Below the pieces are notes generated by a model. The model did no database searches. It saw nothing but the letters and a program-made list of their open reading frames with translations, and had not been told where the DNA came from. Positions 30,957 through 41,488 of a DNA stretch of 64,000 nucleotides are shown in pieces. Where the stretch lies: contig JAYTSD010000031.1 of assembly GCA_043745805.1 (NCBI GenBank), positions 32,001-96,000 of the forward strand, given 5' to 3'. The stretch is from Fibrobacteria bacterium. GTDB lineage: Bacteria; Fibrobacterota; Fibrobacteria; UBA11236. A program made the translations under genes and the position numbers. The stretch's first letter is position 1. Every line of letters begins with the position of its first letter.

Positions 30957-31529
30957 TTAAACTGCCATCTCAATTTTACTTTGCAGTTTATCGCGACGAG
31001 ATTTTCGTAAAGAATGTGCTTGGCTATTCAAGGATTTAATCAAATGCCCATTTCTATCGGCCATATGCAAAAATTGATGATGTTGATAAGCTGCTAAATT
31101 TTTAAAAGCGGTTTCGGTTAAATCCTTGCCTTCGCTTTCCAATTTTTCTTTTAATTCATCGTGTAAGAAATAATAGCAGTCTTCCTGTTGGCGAAAACGG
31201 TGTTGCAAAAGTATAGAGGTGCCCTTATTGAAGGATACTAATGCGAGAATGCTATAAAATATTATCCAAGGGACTTCTTTTTTTTGTGTGACCTGCATAA
31301 GCAATAAAGTGGTCAGAGAGGATAATATCAGAATCAAAATTCGGGTTAATAAACCAATCTGAAATTTGTAAAAACCCTTCCAGCGAAAAGGAATATAAAC
31401 CCATGCTTTACCGCTTTTTAAGTTTTTTTCAAAAGCTATTGGGAAAGCAATAAAAATGCACCACAAAGTATGTAAGGCTAAAAAAACAGCAAGTAAGCTG
31501 GATAGGGTATAAACTGTATCCATTTTCAT
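30957..31529 (-). CDS. Hypothetical membrane protein
   Basis: Three TM segments; 2 nt upstream of the squalene synthase start. Confidence 0.65.
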   Translation of the reverse strand: MKMDTVYTLSSLLAVFLALHTLWCIFIAFPIAFEKNLKSGKAWVYIPFRWKGFYKFQIGLLTRILILILSSLTTLLLMQVTQKKEVPWIIFYSILALVSFNKGTSILLQHRFRQQEDCYYFLHDELKEKLESEGKDLTETAFKNLAAYQHHQFLHMADRNGHLIKSLNSQAHSLRKSRRDKLQSKIEMAV

Positions 31530-31841
31530 AGCTGAAATGCCTGTTGCAGGCCCTGATCTTGATGCATAGAGAGGCTTGTTAAGAATTGAATATGGCTAAA
31601 ACGGTTTAAAAAAATCATGAATGGCCCGTAATATAACTTTTTATCCTCGTAAAAGTTAGAATTTTGCTGCGTAGCAAGACATGGGTTGGGTTTATCGAGC
31701 AGTTAAAAAAGTTTAAAAAATAATCTTTCTAACTCTTTTATTGCCAGTGACTTCGCCCTTTGCTTAGTTTTATTTACTTATATTTTCCCGTCCCATTCTG
31801 GCTTGGCCAGAAAAACAAAGAGGATTTTTTTGATTCATTCT

Positions 31842-33167
31842 GTGGCAGTTTTAAGTCCTTGGTCAATGTGCATGAGTGCTTTGAAGGAAAAGCTATCAGA
31901 AGATGCTTTTACGCAATGGATATCACCTTTAAAACCAATTGAACTTACTGAAGATCAGTTAGGATTAGCCGTTCCGCCGCAAATTGATTTAGATCAGCTA
32001 GCTAAAATTTATGCGGGTTTGATTGAACATTGTTTTCAAGTCGCTAATGGTCGCGATATAAAAATTCAATTTCGTCGTATGCAACAGGCTACACCGAATG
32101 GCGCAGGTATAAGCTTTACCCAAATGCCCATTATCGAATTGAATCCCAGCTATACTTTTAACGAATTTGTAGTCGGAAGTAATTCTCAATTCGCCTATAG
32201 TGCTGCCCTTGCAGTAGCAAAAGAACCTGGTGGCACTAAGTTCAATCCGCTGTTAATTTATGGCGGTGTAGGCTTAGGTAAAACGCATTTATTACAGGCA
32301 ATTGGCAATCATGTCATTGCAGAAAATCCTCGCAAAAAAATTCGCTATATCACTTCCGAAGCTTTTTACCGTGAGTTTGTAGAATCTATTCAGCATAATC
32401 GTATCAATGAGCTTTCTAATTATTATCGACAAGAAGTGGATTTGCTATTAATGGATGATGTGCAATTCTTAAGCGGTAAGGATAGAACGCAAGAAGAATT
32501 TTTCCATATTTTTAATTCCTTACATCAAAGCCGCAAACAAATTGTGTTAACTTCCGACAGCCCTCCCGGTGATTTAAATGGCCTCGAGGACCGCTTGATT
32601 AGTCGTTTCCAATGGGGTTTATGTGTGGACATTCAATCGCCTGATCGCGAAACGCGCGAAGCGATTTTAATTCGTAAAGCACAAGCCATGAATCTCGATA
32701 TTGATGAAGATATTATATCCTATTTAGCGGAAGCCATTGATTCCAATATTCGTATTCTCGAAGGTGCCGTACGCCAATTATTGTTACAGGCCTCGATTAA
32801 GCATAGCGATATTACCATGGAGCTAGCACAAGAAATTGTTAATCGTACTAGTTCTAATCGAATTCCGCGAAAAGTAACTCCCGAAGATATTACCACGGTA
32901 GTGGCAAATTATTTTACGGTAGAAGTAGACAAAATTTTGGAACAAGGACGTGGCACTAAAGAAGTGGCGCAAGCTCGCCAACTCGCTATGTTTTTAATGA
33001 AGGAATTGACTTCGGCATCGCTCAAAACCATTGGGCAACGCTTTGGTGGTCGTGATCATAGCACGGTGGTGCATGCGATTAAAACCATTGAAAAGGCTAT
33101 GGAAAGCGATGGGTCTTTTAAGAAAAGCGTCGATGCGGTTTTGTCGAAGTTGAATAAGAAGAGTTAG
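31842..33167 (+). CDS. dnaA: Chromosomal replication initiator DnaA
   Basis: YTFNEFVVGSNS, NPLLIYGGVGLGKTHL, DDVQFL, QEEFFHIFN, RLISRF, GGRDHSTV; start uncertain (GTG 31842 or TTG 31803). Confidence 0.95.
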   Translation: MAVLSPWSMCMSALKEKLSEDAFTQWISPLKPIELTEDQLGLAVPPQIDLDQLAKIYAGLIEHCFQVANGRDIKIQFRRMQQATPNGAGISFTQMPIIELNPSYTFNEFVVGSNSQFAYSAALAVAKEPGGTKFNPLLIYGGVGLGKTHLLQAIGNHVIAENPRKKIRYITSEAFYREFVESIQHNRINELSNYYRQEVDLLLMDDVQFLSGKDRTQEEFFHIFNSLHQSRKQIVLTSDSPPGDLNGLEDRLISRFQWGLCVDIQSPDRETREAILIRKAQAMNLDIDEDIISYLAEAIDSNIRILEGAVRQLLLQASIKHSDITMELAQEIVNRTSSNRIPRKVTPEDITTVVANYFTVEVDKILEQGRGTKEVAQARQLAMFLMKELTSASLKTIGQRFGGRDHSTVVHAIKTIEKAMESDGSFKKSVDAVLSKLNKKS

Positions 33168-33195
33168 TTTAAAAAGTTTTCATAGAGCCTTCCGT

Positions 33196-34517
33196 GAGGG
33201 TGTACTGAAGTTTGTGTAAATGGTCCAAGGCTATAAAGCTAATTTTTTCCATGAAAGGGAAATAATGACCATTAAAAATGAAATTCTCGACGAAATCCTA
33301 AAAGACTATACCAAGCCTGAAGACATGTTCGGAGCAAACGGTATACTTAAGCAGTTAACCAAATCACTTTTAGAGCGCGCTTTACAGGGCGAAATGACCC
33401 ATCATCTTGGTTATTCCAAACATGCTCCAGAAGGCAAGCATACAGGTAATAGTAGAAACGGGAAGTCAAAGAAAACTCTCCAAAGTGATATGGGTGAATT
33501 TCCTGTAGATATTCCTCGTGACCGCAATAGCACTTTTGAACCGGTGATAGTTCAGAAGGGGCAAACCCGCTTTAACGGTTTTGACGATAAGATAATTTCT
33601 CTTTATTCCAGAGGTCTTACCACTCGAGAAATCCAAGGGCATTTACAAGAAATATATGGGGTAGAAATTTCTCCCTCACTCATTTCGACAGTAACAGATG
33701 AGGTACTGGAAGAAGTAAGGGAATGGCAGAATCGACCATTAGATAGAATGTACCCTATCCTCTATCTGGACGCTATCCGAGTGAAATGCAAAGAAGATGG
33801 GCGAGTAATAAACAAGGCTGTTTACTTAGCTATTGGAGTGACCATGCAGGGCCATAAGGAAGTTTTGGGGATTTGGGCCTCTGCGAATGAAGGAGCGAAA
33901 TTCTGGTTATCCGTAATAAACGAATTAAAGGTCCGAGGCGTAGAAGATATATTAATAGCTTGTGTGGATGGTCTCAAAGGCTTTCCTGAAGCCATTGAAA
34001 GCGTATTCCCACAAACTCAAGTGCAGCTTTGTATTGTACACATGATTCGGAATTCGCTGGCGTTTGTATCATACAAGGAACGTAAGGAATTGGTAAAAGA
34101 CCTCAAGAGAATATATCAGGCACTGACGGCGAAAGAGGCAGAGTCAGCCTTGGGAGACTTCGAGAAGAAATGGAATAATCGCTATCCCATGATTGCTAAA
34201 AGCTGGAGAGAACGGTGGGCAAACATAATCCCATTTTTTGCTTTTCCAGCGGATATCCGCAAGGCAATTTATACAACTAATGCTATTGAGTCTTTGAATA
34301 TGTCTTTACGCAAGATAATCAAGAACCGCAGTCTGTTTCCAAATGAAGATGCAATGATGAAGTTACTCTATTTAGCCTTGAGGAACATAAAGAAAAAGTG
34401 GACTATGCCGATTCGAGATTGGGGACGTGCTGTAAATCAGTTCGCGATTGTATTTGAAAACAGAGTAACACTAAACTAAGTTGTGATTTCCATTTACACA
34501 AAATGCATGATACCCTC
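33196..34517 (+). mobile_element. IS256-family insertion sequence (1322 bp)
   Basis: 28-bp imperfect terminal IRs GAGGGTGTACTGAAGTTTGTGTAAATGG (33196-33223) and CCATTTACACAAAATGCATGATACCCTC (34490-34517), 23/28 identical, flanking a transposase. Confidence 0.92.
33265..34479 (+). CDS. IS256-family transposase
   Basis: PRDRNSTFEP, YLDA, VDGLKGF, QLCIVH, IYTTNAIE; ATG 33265 has an RBS (ATG 33220 lies inside IRL). Confidence 0.95.
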   Translation: MTIKNEILDEILKDYTKPEDMFGANGILKQLTKSLLERALQGEMTHHLGYSKHAPEGKHTGNSRNGKSKKTLQSDMGEFPVDIPRDRNSTFEPVIVQKGQTRFNGFDDKIISLYSRGLTTREIQGHLQEIYGVEISPSLISTVTDEVLEEVREWQNRPLDRMYPILYLDAIRVKCKEDGRVINKAVYLAIGVTMQGHKEVLGIWASANEGAKFWLSVINELKVRGVEDILIACVDGLKGFPEAIESVFPQTQVQLCIVHMIRNSLAFVSYKERKELVKDLKRIYQALTAKEAESALGDFEKKWNNRYPMIAKSWRERWANIIPFFAFPADIRKAIYTTNAIESLNMSLRKIIKNRSLFPNEDAMMKLLYLALRNIKKKWTMPIRDWGRAVNQFAIVFENRVTLN

Positions 34518-34568
34518 GGCTTAACAAAGAATAAACCCAGAAGTTACCCTCTAGGCTTCACATTTAAA

Positions 34569-36377
34569 TTAATTCTTAGCGCGTTTGCGCAAGCCTGCAT
34601 CCAAAATCACTTTACGTAAGCGCAAGTTTTTAGGAGTAATTTCCAAGCATTCATCATCATTGATAAATTCCAAGCATTCTTCCAAAGACATTTGTTTATG
34701 CGGAGTTAAAATCACAGCTTCATCGGAAGACGTGGTACGCATATTGGTTAAGGCTTTTTCTTTATTCACATTGATGATCATTTCTTCGCTGCGATTACAT
34801 TCGCCCACAATCATACCCGGATAAACATCGGTTTGAGGACCAATAAACATGGTGCCGCGTTCTTCGAGCTTCCACAAGGCAAAAGCCACCGACACACCAC
34901 GCTCCAAGGAGATGAGTGCGCCTAAGAGTCTTTGTTCGATTTTGCCTTTCATCGGCTCATAGCCTTTGAACAATTGTTGGAAAACCGCATAACCTTTGCT
35001 CAAAGAAAGCAATTTGCTACGCAAACCAATTAGGCCACGTGCAGGCATATCATAGACCAAACGGATTTGACCATTTTCTAGGGCCATATCTTTCATATCG
35101 CCTTTGCGCTTGTTGATTTCTTCAATCACCAAACCTGAGCTACCTTCGGGAACGTCGACAGTAATGGTTTCTACCGGTTCCATAGTTACGCCATCTTCTT
35201 CATGGGTAATAACGCGAGGACGGCCTACAGTAAATTCGTAACCTTCACGGCGCATTTTTTCGATGAGCACGGAAAGATGTAATACACCGCGGCCGGAAAC
35301 TAAATAGGAACCCGATTCAGGAGCTTTTCCTACTCGTAAGGCCACATCGCCCACGGCTTCACGATCTAAGCGTTCCGCTAAATGATTGGATGTTAAAAAG
35401 CGTCCGCCATCTTGGCCACAAAAAGGGGAATCATTCACCCAAAAACGCATAGCGATAGTCGGTGGATCCACATGAATGCGGGTTAAAGCGACCGGGGTTT
35501 CTTCGCCCGTTAATGTGTCCCCAATGGTGAAATCAGGAATACCGCAAAGCGAAATAATTTGTCCCGCAATAGCTTCTGGAATTTCTTTCATCTTTACGCC
35601 GTCGGGATAAAGAATTTTGGTGATACGGACCTTTTTAAGTTGCCCCTCGGCGTTGATATGCGTAATAGTCTGATTGGTTTTTAATGAACCTTGACGCAAA
35701 CGACCTACTGCCATTCGTCCCAAAAATTCTTGATAGTCCAAACTGGTCACTTGCATAATTGGGTCAGGCGAGGTTCCTACAGTAGGTGCAGGAATACTAT
35801 TGACAATCATTTCAAACATCGGCGCAAAGTTTGAATCTTCATCGGTAATTTCGCGGCGGCAAGTTCCGGCACGAGCACAAGCAAAAATATGCGCGAAGTC
35901 TAATTGTTCCGGGGAAGCATTGAGATCCACAAATAAGTCAAAAACTTTATCCAATGCTTTATGCGGTTCGCAACCGGCACGGTCGATTTTATTAATCACC
36001 ACAATAAGCCGTAGGCCCAATTCCAGAGCTTTTTTGGTCACAAAGCGCGTTTGCGCCATAGGACCTTCAAAGGCATCGACAATTAATAAGGCGCCATCTA
36101 CTGTACCTAATACGCGTTCTACCTGGCCACCAAAATCAGCATGCCCAGGAGTATCTACGATATTAATCAAAAAATCTTTATATACTACGGAAGCGTTTTT
36201 AGAGAGAATGGTAATTCCTCTTTCACGTTCCTGATCATTGGAATCCATGACGCGTTCAGTAACGACTTGGCCAGTGCGAAAAGCACCGCTTTGTTTAAGG
36301 AGACCGTCCACCAAAGTGGTTTTGCCATGATCAACGTGAGCGATGATAGCGATGTTACGTATTTGAGAACTGTTCAT
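34569..36377 (-). CDS. typA: Translational GTPase TypA/BipA
   Basis: [59 protein letters not shown]. Confidence 0.95.
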   Translation of the reverse strand: MNSSQIRNIAIIAHVDHGKTTLVDGLLKQSGAFRTGQVVTERVMDSNDQERERGITILSKNASVVYKDFLINIVDTPGHADFGGQVERVLGTVDGALLIVDAFEGPMAQTRFVTKKALELGLRLIVVINKIDRAGCEPHKALDKVFDLFVDLNASPEQLDFAHIFACARAGTCRREITDEDSNFAPMFEMIVNSIPAPTVGTSPDPIMQVTSLDYQEFLGRMAVGRLRQGSLKTNQTITHINAEGQLKKVRITKILYPDGVKMKEIPEAIAGQIISLCGIPDFTIGDTLTGEETPVALTRIHVDPPTIAMRFWVNDSPFCGQDGGRFLTSNHLAERLDREAVGDVALRVGKAPESGSYLVSGRGVLHLSVLIEKMRREGYEFTVGRPRVITHEEDGVTMEPVETITVDVPEGSSGLVIEEINKRKGDMKDMALENGQIRLVYDMPARGLIGLRSKLLSLSKGYAVFQQLFKGYEPMKGKIEQRLLGALISLERGVSVAFALWKLEERGTMFIGPQTDVYPGMIVGECNRSEEMIINVNKEKALTNMRTTSSDEAVILTPHKQMSLEECLEFINDDECLEITPKNLRLRKVILDAGLRKRAKN

Positions 36378-36566
36378 AGGATGCCATTTACATTGAGGAT
36401 TACTTCATATAAGCGAGGCAAATATGCTCTGAAATAGGGGGGTTTGTCAACCTAATCCTTGTTTCAATAGTATTTAGGTCTTTGTTGTAGCCGGAAATAA
36501 TTAATTTTACCCCTAATAAAATCCTTAACTAGTAAAATCACTAGAAAATCTGAACTGGGACTTGGC

Positions 36567-39500
36567 ATGTATTTATCGAAGTTACGCATTTTTGGGTTCA
36601 AGTCCTTTGCCAATAAAGTGGAAGTGAATTTTCCTGGGGAAGGTATTACTTCGGTAGTAGGACCTAATGGTTGCGGCAAAAGCAATATCATCGATGCCAT
36701 TCGCTGGGTACTCGGTGAGCAAAAGGCAAAGGCTTTGCGCTCTACCAAAATGGAAGATGTGATTTTTTCGGGCACAGCGGAAAAGCAAGCTTTGAATTTG
36801 GCGGAAGTATCGCTCATCATTAATAATGATAAAGGCTTATTGCCGAGTGAATATGCGCAAGTGATGATAACGCGACGCGCCTATCGCAATGGCGACTCCG
36901 AATACTTACTTAATAATCAGCCCTGTCGTCTCAAAGACATTCACAATTTGTTTTATGATACCGGCATGGGTGCGGCTTCGTATTCGCTGATTGAAGCGAA
37001 AATGATCGACAGTATTTTAAGTGATAAGGCGGAAGAACGTCGGGTGATGTTTGAAGAAGCGTCGGGTATTTCGAAGTATAAACAGCAGCGTAAGGAAACT
37101 CTGCGTCAATTAGAACGTACCGCTTTGGATATGACGCGCGTGGAAGATAATTTGCGCCACATTCAGCAAAATGTGAATATGTTTGAAAAGCAAGCCAAGC
37201 GTGCGGAGAAATGGCGTGATTTAAAAAAGGCGTCTACGGTTTTGGAATTGACTTTCCAATTTGATGCCTATCATGATTTTAAAGGCAAGCATTTGCAATT
37301 CAAAAGCGATTGGGAAAATAGTCAACAGCGCGTGCAAACTTTACAAAATCAAATGGTTACTTTCGAAACCCACTTGGAAGAACGTAAATTATTAATTCTT
37401 AGCGAAGAACAAGCTTTGCAAACTTTGAACATCGCAGTATCGGCGGCGCAAGCCGAACTTATGCAAAATGAAAATGAATTTAAACGCGTGCAAGATAAGC
37501 GCGAGCATGTAGCCGAAGGTTTGGCGCGTTTAGAAAATGAATTGCAACAAATTGCACAACGCTTAAAAGAAATTGATTTGCAAAAAATTCAAGCGCAAAT
37601 GGAAAAAGAAAAATTAGCGCAAGATAGAGATCGCTTAAATGAAATAGCCACCGATCAAGGGGAAGCTCGTCAACGTGTGCATACCGCTTATCAAGATAAA
37701 CGCCGCAATGCCGATGAATTGTCGGAACAGCGTGTGTCCATGCTCGAAGATTTATCCTCACTGCGCAATAAAGTGAGCAAGGGTAATTCGGAATTACAAC
37801 ATTTACAAGCGAGTGAAGAAGAGTTGGAAAATAGTTTTGCCATGGCTGAGCAAAAACAAAGTGCTTATGCGGCAGATCAATCGCTATTGCAAACCCAATG
37901 GGAAAAGGCGGAAAAGGCCTTACGCGAAATTGGTGAAGCCTTGCGTATTAGTAGCGATCGCTTAAAAGAACTTTCCCAAGAAAAAGAAGCATTGCGTTTA
38001 AAATCGCGGGAAAAAGAAAGAGAAAAAGTTGCGGCGCAAACTCAATTCAAGTTATTGAAAGGTTTGGAAGAAAGTCATGAAGGCGTGGATGGCGGCGCTC
38101 AATATTTATTAAAAAACCAAAACGATAAAATTAAAAGTTTATTGGCCGATGCTTTAAAAGTTCCCGAGGCTTCCATTGCGGCGGTGGAAAAATGTTTAGG
38201 GCGTTTTTTACAAGCGCTATGGGTGGAAAATCCCGAATCGGCTGCGGCCTTGTTAGATGAGCTCCGCCAAGGAGAAAAAGGCGAAGCGGCTATATTCACA
38301 GCTCGTGGTGACTTCAAACGCATTCGTCCGGATTGGAAAGGGAAAGCTGGCTTTCAAAGTTGGCTAATCGATTCCATTGATTGCGAAGCGAATTTAAAAC
38401 CGTTACTAGAATTATTGCTAGGACATGTGGCGCAAGTTACTTCGTTTACGGAGGGACAAAATTTAATTGCGGCGGCAAAAGACCAAGATTTATGGTGCAT
38501 TGCACCCGATGGCGAAATGTTACATGCATGTGGACTTAGTTTGGGTGGCAAGGGCAAACATAGCCAAGGCGGCTTATTACAACGCAAGGCACAATTGCAA
38601 CAATTAGGCGGACAAATTCAAGTTTTGGAAACCGATTTGTTACGTATTCAAAGTGATTTTGAAAAATGCGAAGAGGAAAGCAAAAGCTTACAACTCGAAA
38701 CCGAAAGTTTATTGATTGGCCAAAAGGCTAATGAAAAATTAGGGCAAGAGGCGAAGAGTAAATTATCTCTCTTGCAAAATATGTTGAACTCCGCTGGCAG
38801 TGAACGCGAACAAGCCGAAGTGAAATTAAAATGGGTGCGTGAACGCTTATCAGAATTGCAAAGTCAAAATGAAAGTTTAAGCGAGCAACTCGAAGAAAGC
38901 GAAGAAGTGCGTACCGTGCTGGAAAATCAGTTCCGTCAGGCCTTGGAAGCGGTGCATGCGGCGGAAGAAGAGAAGGCGCAATTCGAAGATCAAATTCGTC
39001 ACTTAGAAAAAAATCGATCCGAAAATGAAGCACAATCACGTAGCTTGGTAGGACGTGCCGAATATTTAGAGCGCTCCGAAAAAGAACAGCATGGTTTAAT
39101 TGAAAAACATAAAGCTCAAAACCAAGAATGGACCGATCAAATTGCCGGCCTCGAAGAAAAGAAAACCGAGTGGACGGATAAAATTGAAGTGGGCTTTGAA
39201 AAATTAGGCGCAGTAGAAAAACAGCGCGATATAGCCAAAGCGGATTACGATGAAAAGGCCTCCGTACTCGAAGAGTTACGTATGCAAATGCGCCATACGC
39301 AAGAAGAAATGCGCGAGCTCACGGCAGGTATTCACAATTCCGAATTGAAAATGCAACAGGCTAAAGCCGCTATGGCCGGCATTCGCGAGAGAATGTTTGA
39401 ATGGCATGAAGTAGATTTTGAAAATGAAGAATTAAACTTAGAGCGGGTGGAATATAATATTGAAACGGTAGATGAAGATATTCGCAGCCTTAAAGAAAAA

Positions 39501-40124
39501 TTAAAAAACTTGGGCAATATTAATACCGGTGCGTTGGAAGAGTATGAAACCGAGAAGTTACGTCTCGACGAAGTGCAAAAACAATTTCAAGATTTAGAAA
39601 ATGCGCGTTTAGGTTTAGAAAAAGCCATTAAACGTTTGGATAAAGTAGCGCGTGAACAATTCCTAAAAACCTTTGCCACCGTGCAGGCAAATTTTCAAGA
39701 AGTGTTTTCCAGTTTATTTGAAGGTGGGGAAGCCCAACTTAATTTGGAAGAAAGCGAAGATCCTTTAGATGCGAAAATCGAAATCAATGCACGTCCTACG
39801 GGTAAAAAAATGCGCGGTGTGGCTTTACTTTCGGGTGGCGAACGCGCACTAACGGCTATCTCATTATTGTTCGCTTTATATTTAGTGCGTCCTTCACCTT
39901 ATTGTATTATGGATGAAGTCGATGGTCCTTTGGATGATGCGAATATTGGTCGCTTTGTGAATTTGTTACGTCGCTTTAGCCATCAAACCCAATTCATTGT
40001 GGTGACGCATAATAAACGTACCATGGCGGCTTCCGATATGCTTTATGGTGTAACGCAAGAGATTAAGGGTATTTCCAAATTAGTTAGCGTGCAATTAGAT
40101 GAGGCGAGTCGTATTGCGGCATAG
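36567..40124 (+). CDS. smc: Chromosome segregation protein SMC
   Basis: GFKSF, GPNGCGKSN, long coiled coils, hinge GX6GX3GG (GEMLHACGLSLGG), LSGGE, MDEVD. Confidence 0.95.
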   Translation: MYLSKLRIFGFKSFANKVEVNFPGEGITSVVGPNGCGKSNIIDAIRWVLGEQKAKALRSTKMEDVIFSGTAEKQALNLAEVSLIINNDKGLLPSEYAQVMITRRAYRNGDSEYLLNNQPCRLKDIHNLFYDTGMGAASYSLIEAKMIDSILSDKAEERRVMFEEASGISKYKQQRKETLRQLERTALDMTRVEDNLRHIQQNVNMFEKQAKRAEKWRDLKKASTVLELTFQFDAYHDFKGKHLQFKSDWENSQQRVQTLQNQMVTFETHLEERKLLILSEEQALQTLNIAVSAAQAELMQNENEFKRVQDKREHVAEGLARLENELQQIAQRLKEIDLQKIQAQMEKEKLAQDRDRLNEIATDQGEARQRVHTAYQDKRRNADELSEQRVSMLEDLSSLRNKVSKGNSELQHLQASEEELENSFAMAEQKQSAYAADQSLLQTQWEKAEKALREIGEALRISSDRLKELSQEKEALRLKSREKEREKVAAQTQFKLLKGLEESHEGVDGGAQYLLKNQNDKIKSLLADALKVPEASIAAVEKCLGRFLQALWVENPESAAALLDELRQGEKGEAAIFTARGDFKRIRPDWKGKAGFQSWLIDSIDCEANLKPLLELLLGHVAQVTSFTEGQNLIAAAKDQDLWCIAPDGEMLHACGLSLGGKGKHSQGGLLQRKAQLQQLGGQIQVLETDLLRIQSDFEKCEEESKSLQLETESLLIGQKANEKLGQEAKSKLSLLQNMLNSAGSEREQAEVKLKWVRERLSELQSQNESLSEQLEESEEVRTVLENQFRQALEAVHAAEEEKAQFEDQIRHLEKNRSENEAQSRSLVGRAEYLERSEKEQHGLIEKHKAQNQEWTDQIAGLEEKKTEWTDKIEVGFEKLGAVEKQRDIAKADYDEKASVLEELRMQMRHTQEEMRELTAGIHNSELKMQQAKAAMAGIRERMFEWHEVDFENEELNLERVEYNIETVDEDIRSLKEKLKNLGNINTGALEEYETEKLRLDEVQKQFQDLENARLGLEKAIKRLDKVAREQFLKTFATVQANFQEVFSSLFEGGEAQLNLEESEDPLDAKIEINARPTGKKMRGVALLSGGERALTAISLLFALYLVRPSPYCIMDEVDGPLDDANIGRFVNLLRRFSHQTQFIVVTHNKRTMAASDMLYGVTQEIKGISKLVSVQLDEASRIAA

Positions 40125-40162
40125 CTTTATATTCGCAGCATGTTAAAATCAGGGCTGAATAA

Positions 40163-41488
40163 ATGCAATGGCTGATCTTTTGGTTTAATCGACTTTCGCG
40201 GGCTCACGCGGAGGATAGGCTTCGTGGCATTTGGTTTAAGGAAGAAGCTCGAGCAGAGCGTTCGGCCAACTTAATCCGTATTACCTATATACTCGTTTGG
40301 ATACTCTCCACTTCACTACACATTCCGACTAATAATTTTGGTACTAATGTGGTTAATGTTGGGGGAGGGTTTGTATGGCTATTAATTGCCTGCCTATACC
40401 AAATTTATTTGTATTACAATCCTTATAAACCGGCGTTTAAATACTTGTCCACAACTTGTGATATGTGCGTTATTACGGCCATGTTGTTTTTTTATCAATT
40501 TAGTTTTGGCTATTCTTTTGCTTTGAAAACACCCACTTTTTACAGTTACTTCTGTTGTTTAGGTTTGGCTGCTTTGCGCTATAAACGTGGCTTAGCGGTC
40601 TATGGTGGTTTGCTTGCTTCCACGCTATATGCTTTGTTGGTCCTGTATTTGTATCGTTTTGCCGGCATGGAGTTCGGTACCAATATTGAACATGTTACTA
40701 CTCCCAAGGTTTGCTTTTTATACATCGCCTATAATGTGGTATACCTCTTTATTTTTTCTATGCTCACTTATATTTTAATATTCAATGTTAAGCGTTTAGT
40801 AATCATACGCGTCAAGGAATCCGAAACAGCTCTGAAAGCAAAAGAGCGAGCCTTGATTGCAGCGAACGTGGCGCATGAAATTAAAAATCCCTTAGAAGGC
40901 ATTTACGGTGCAGCGCAATTACTTAAAGAAGAACAATTAGGCAATCCAAAATTTATTGATATGATTTTAAAAGATGCTCGGCGCTTGAATGGGGTAGTAC
41001 ATCAATTTTTACAGTTCTCGCGACCCTTTAAAACCGAAATGCAAGATTTCGATATTATTCGTTTCACTTCTCAATTTTGCGAAGAACAAAATGAATTAGG
41101 GGAAGTAAAATTAGTCTCGAATTTACCAGAAGGAAAATTAATGGCCTGTGCCGATCCGACCGGTGTAGAACAAATACTATTAAATCTTTCACAAAATGCG
41201 AAACGCTACCAACAAATGGGAATGCCGATACAAATAAAAGCGGATCAAGAAGCGGGCTACATTCAAATTGCGGTGGAAGATGATGGAGAAGGCGTAGCGC
41301 CGGAAAATTATGAAAAAATTTTCGATCCCTTTTTTACTACCTCCAATAAAGGCACTGGACTTGGCTTAGCCATCTCTCGTAAAATCGCCCAAGAAATGGG
41401 CGGCGACTTAATTTACACCCCTAAGAATCCCGGTTCACGCTTTACCTTACTTTTAAAGACCGTAACTGGAGAGTCACATGTCAATTGA
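40163..41488 (+). CDS. Membrane-bound sensor histidine kinase
   Basis: About six TM helices, AHEIKNPL H-box, QILLNLSQNA, DDGEG, FDPFFTT, GTGLGL. Confidence 0.92.
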   Translation: MQWLIFWFNRLSRAHAEDRLRGIWFKEEARAERSANLIRITYILVWILSTSLHIPTNNFGTNVVNVGGGFVWLLIACLYQIYLYYNPYKPAFKYLSTTCDMCVITAMLFFYQFSFGYSFALKTPTFYSYFCCLGLAALRYKRGLAVYGGLLASTLYALLVLYLYRFAGMEFGTNIEHVTTPKVCFLYIAYNVVYLFIFSMLTYILIFNVKRLVIIRVKESETALKAKERALIAANVAHEIKNPLEGIYGAAQLLKEEQLGNPKFIDMILKDARRLNGVVHQFLQFSRPFKTEMQDFDIIRFTSQFCEEQNELGEVKLVSNLPEGKLMACADPTGVEQILLNLSQNAKRYQQMGMPIQIKADQEAGYIQIAVEDDGEGVAPENYEKIFDPFFTTSNKGTGLGLAISRKIAQEMGGDLIYTPKNPGSRFTLLLKTVTGESHVN

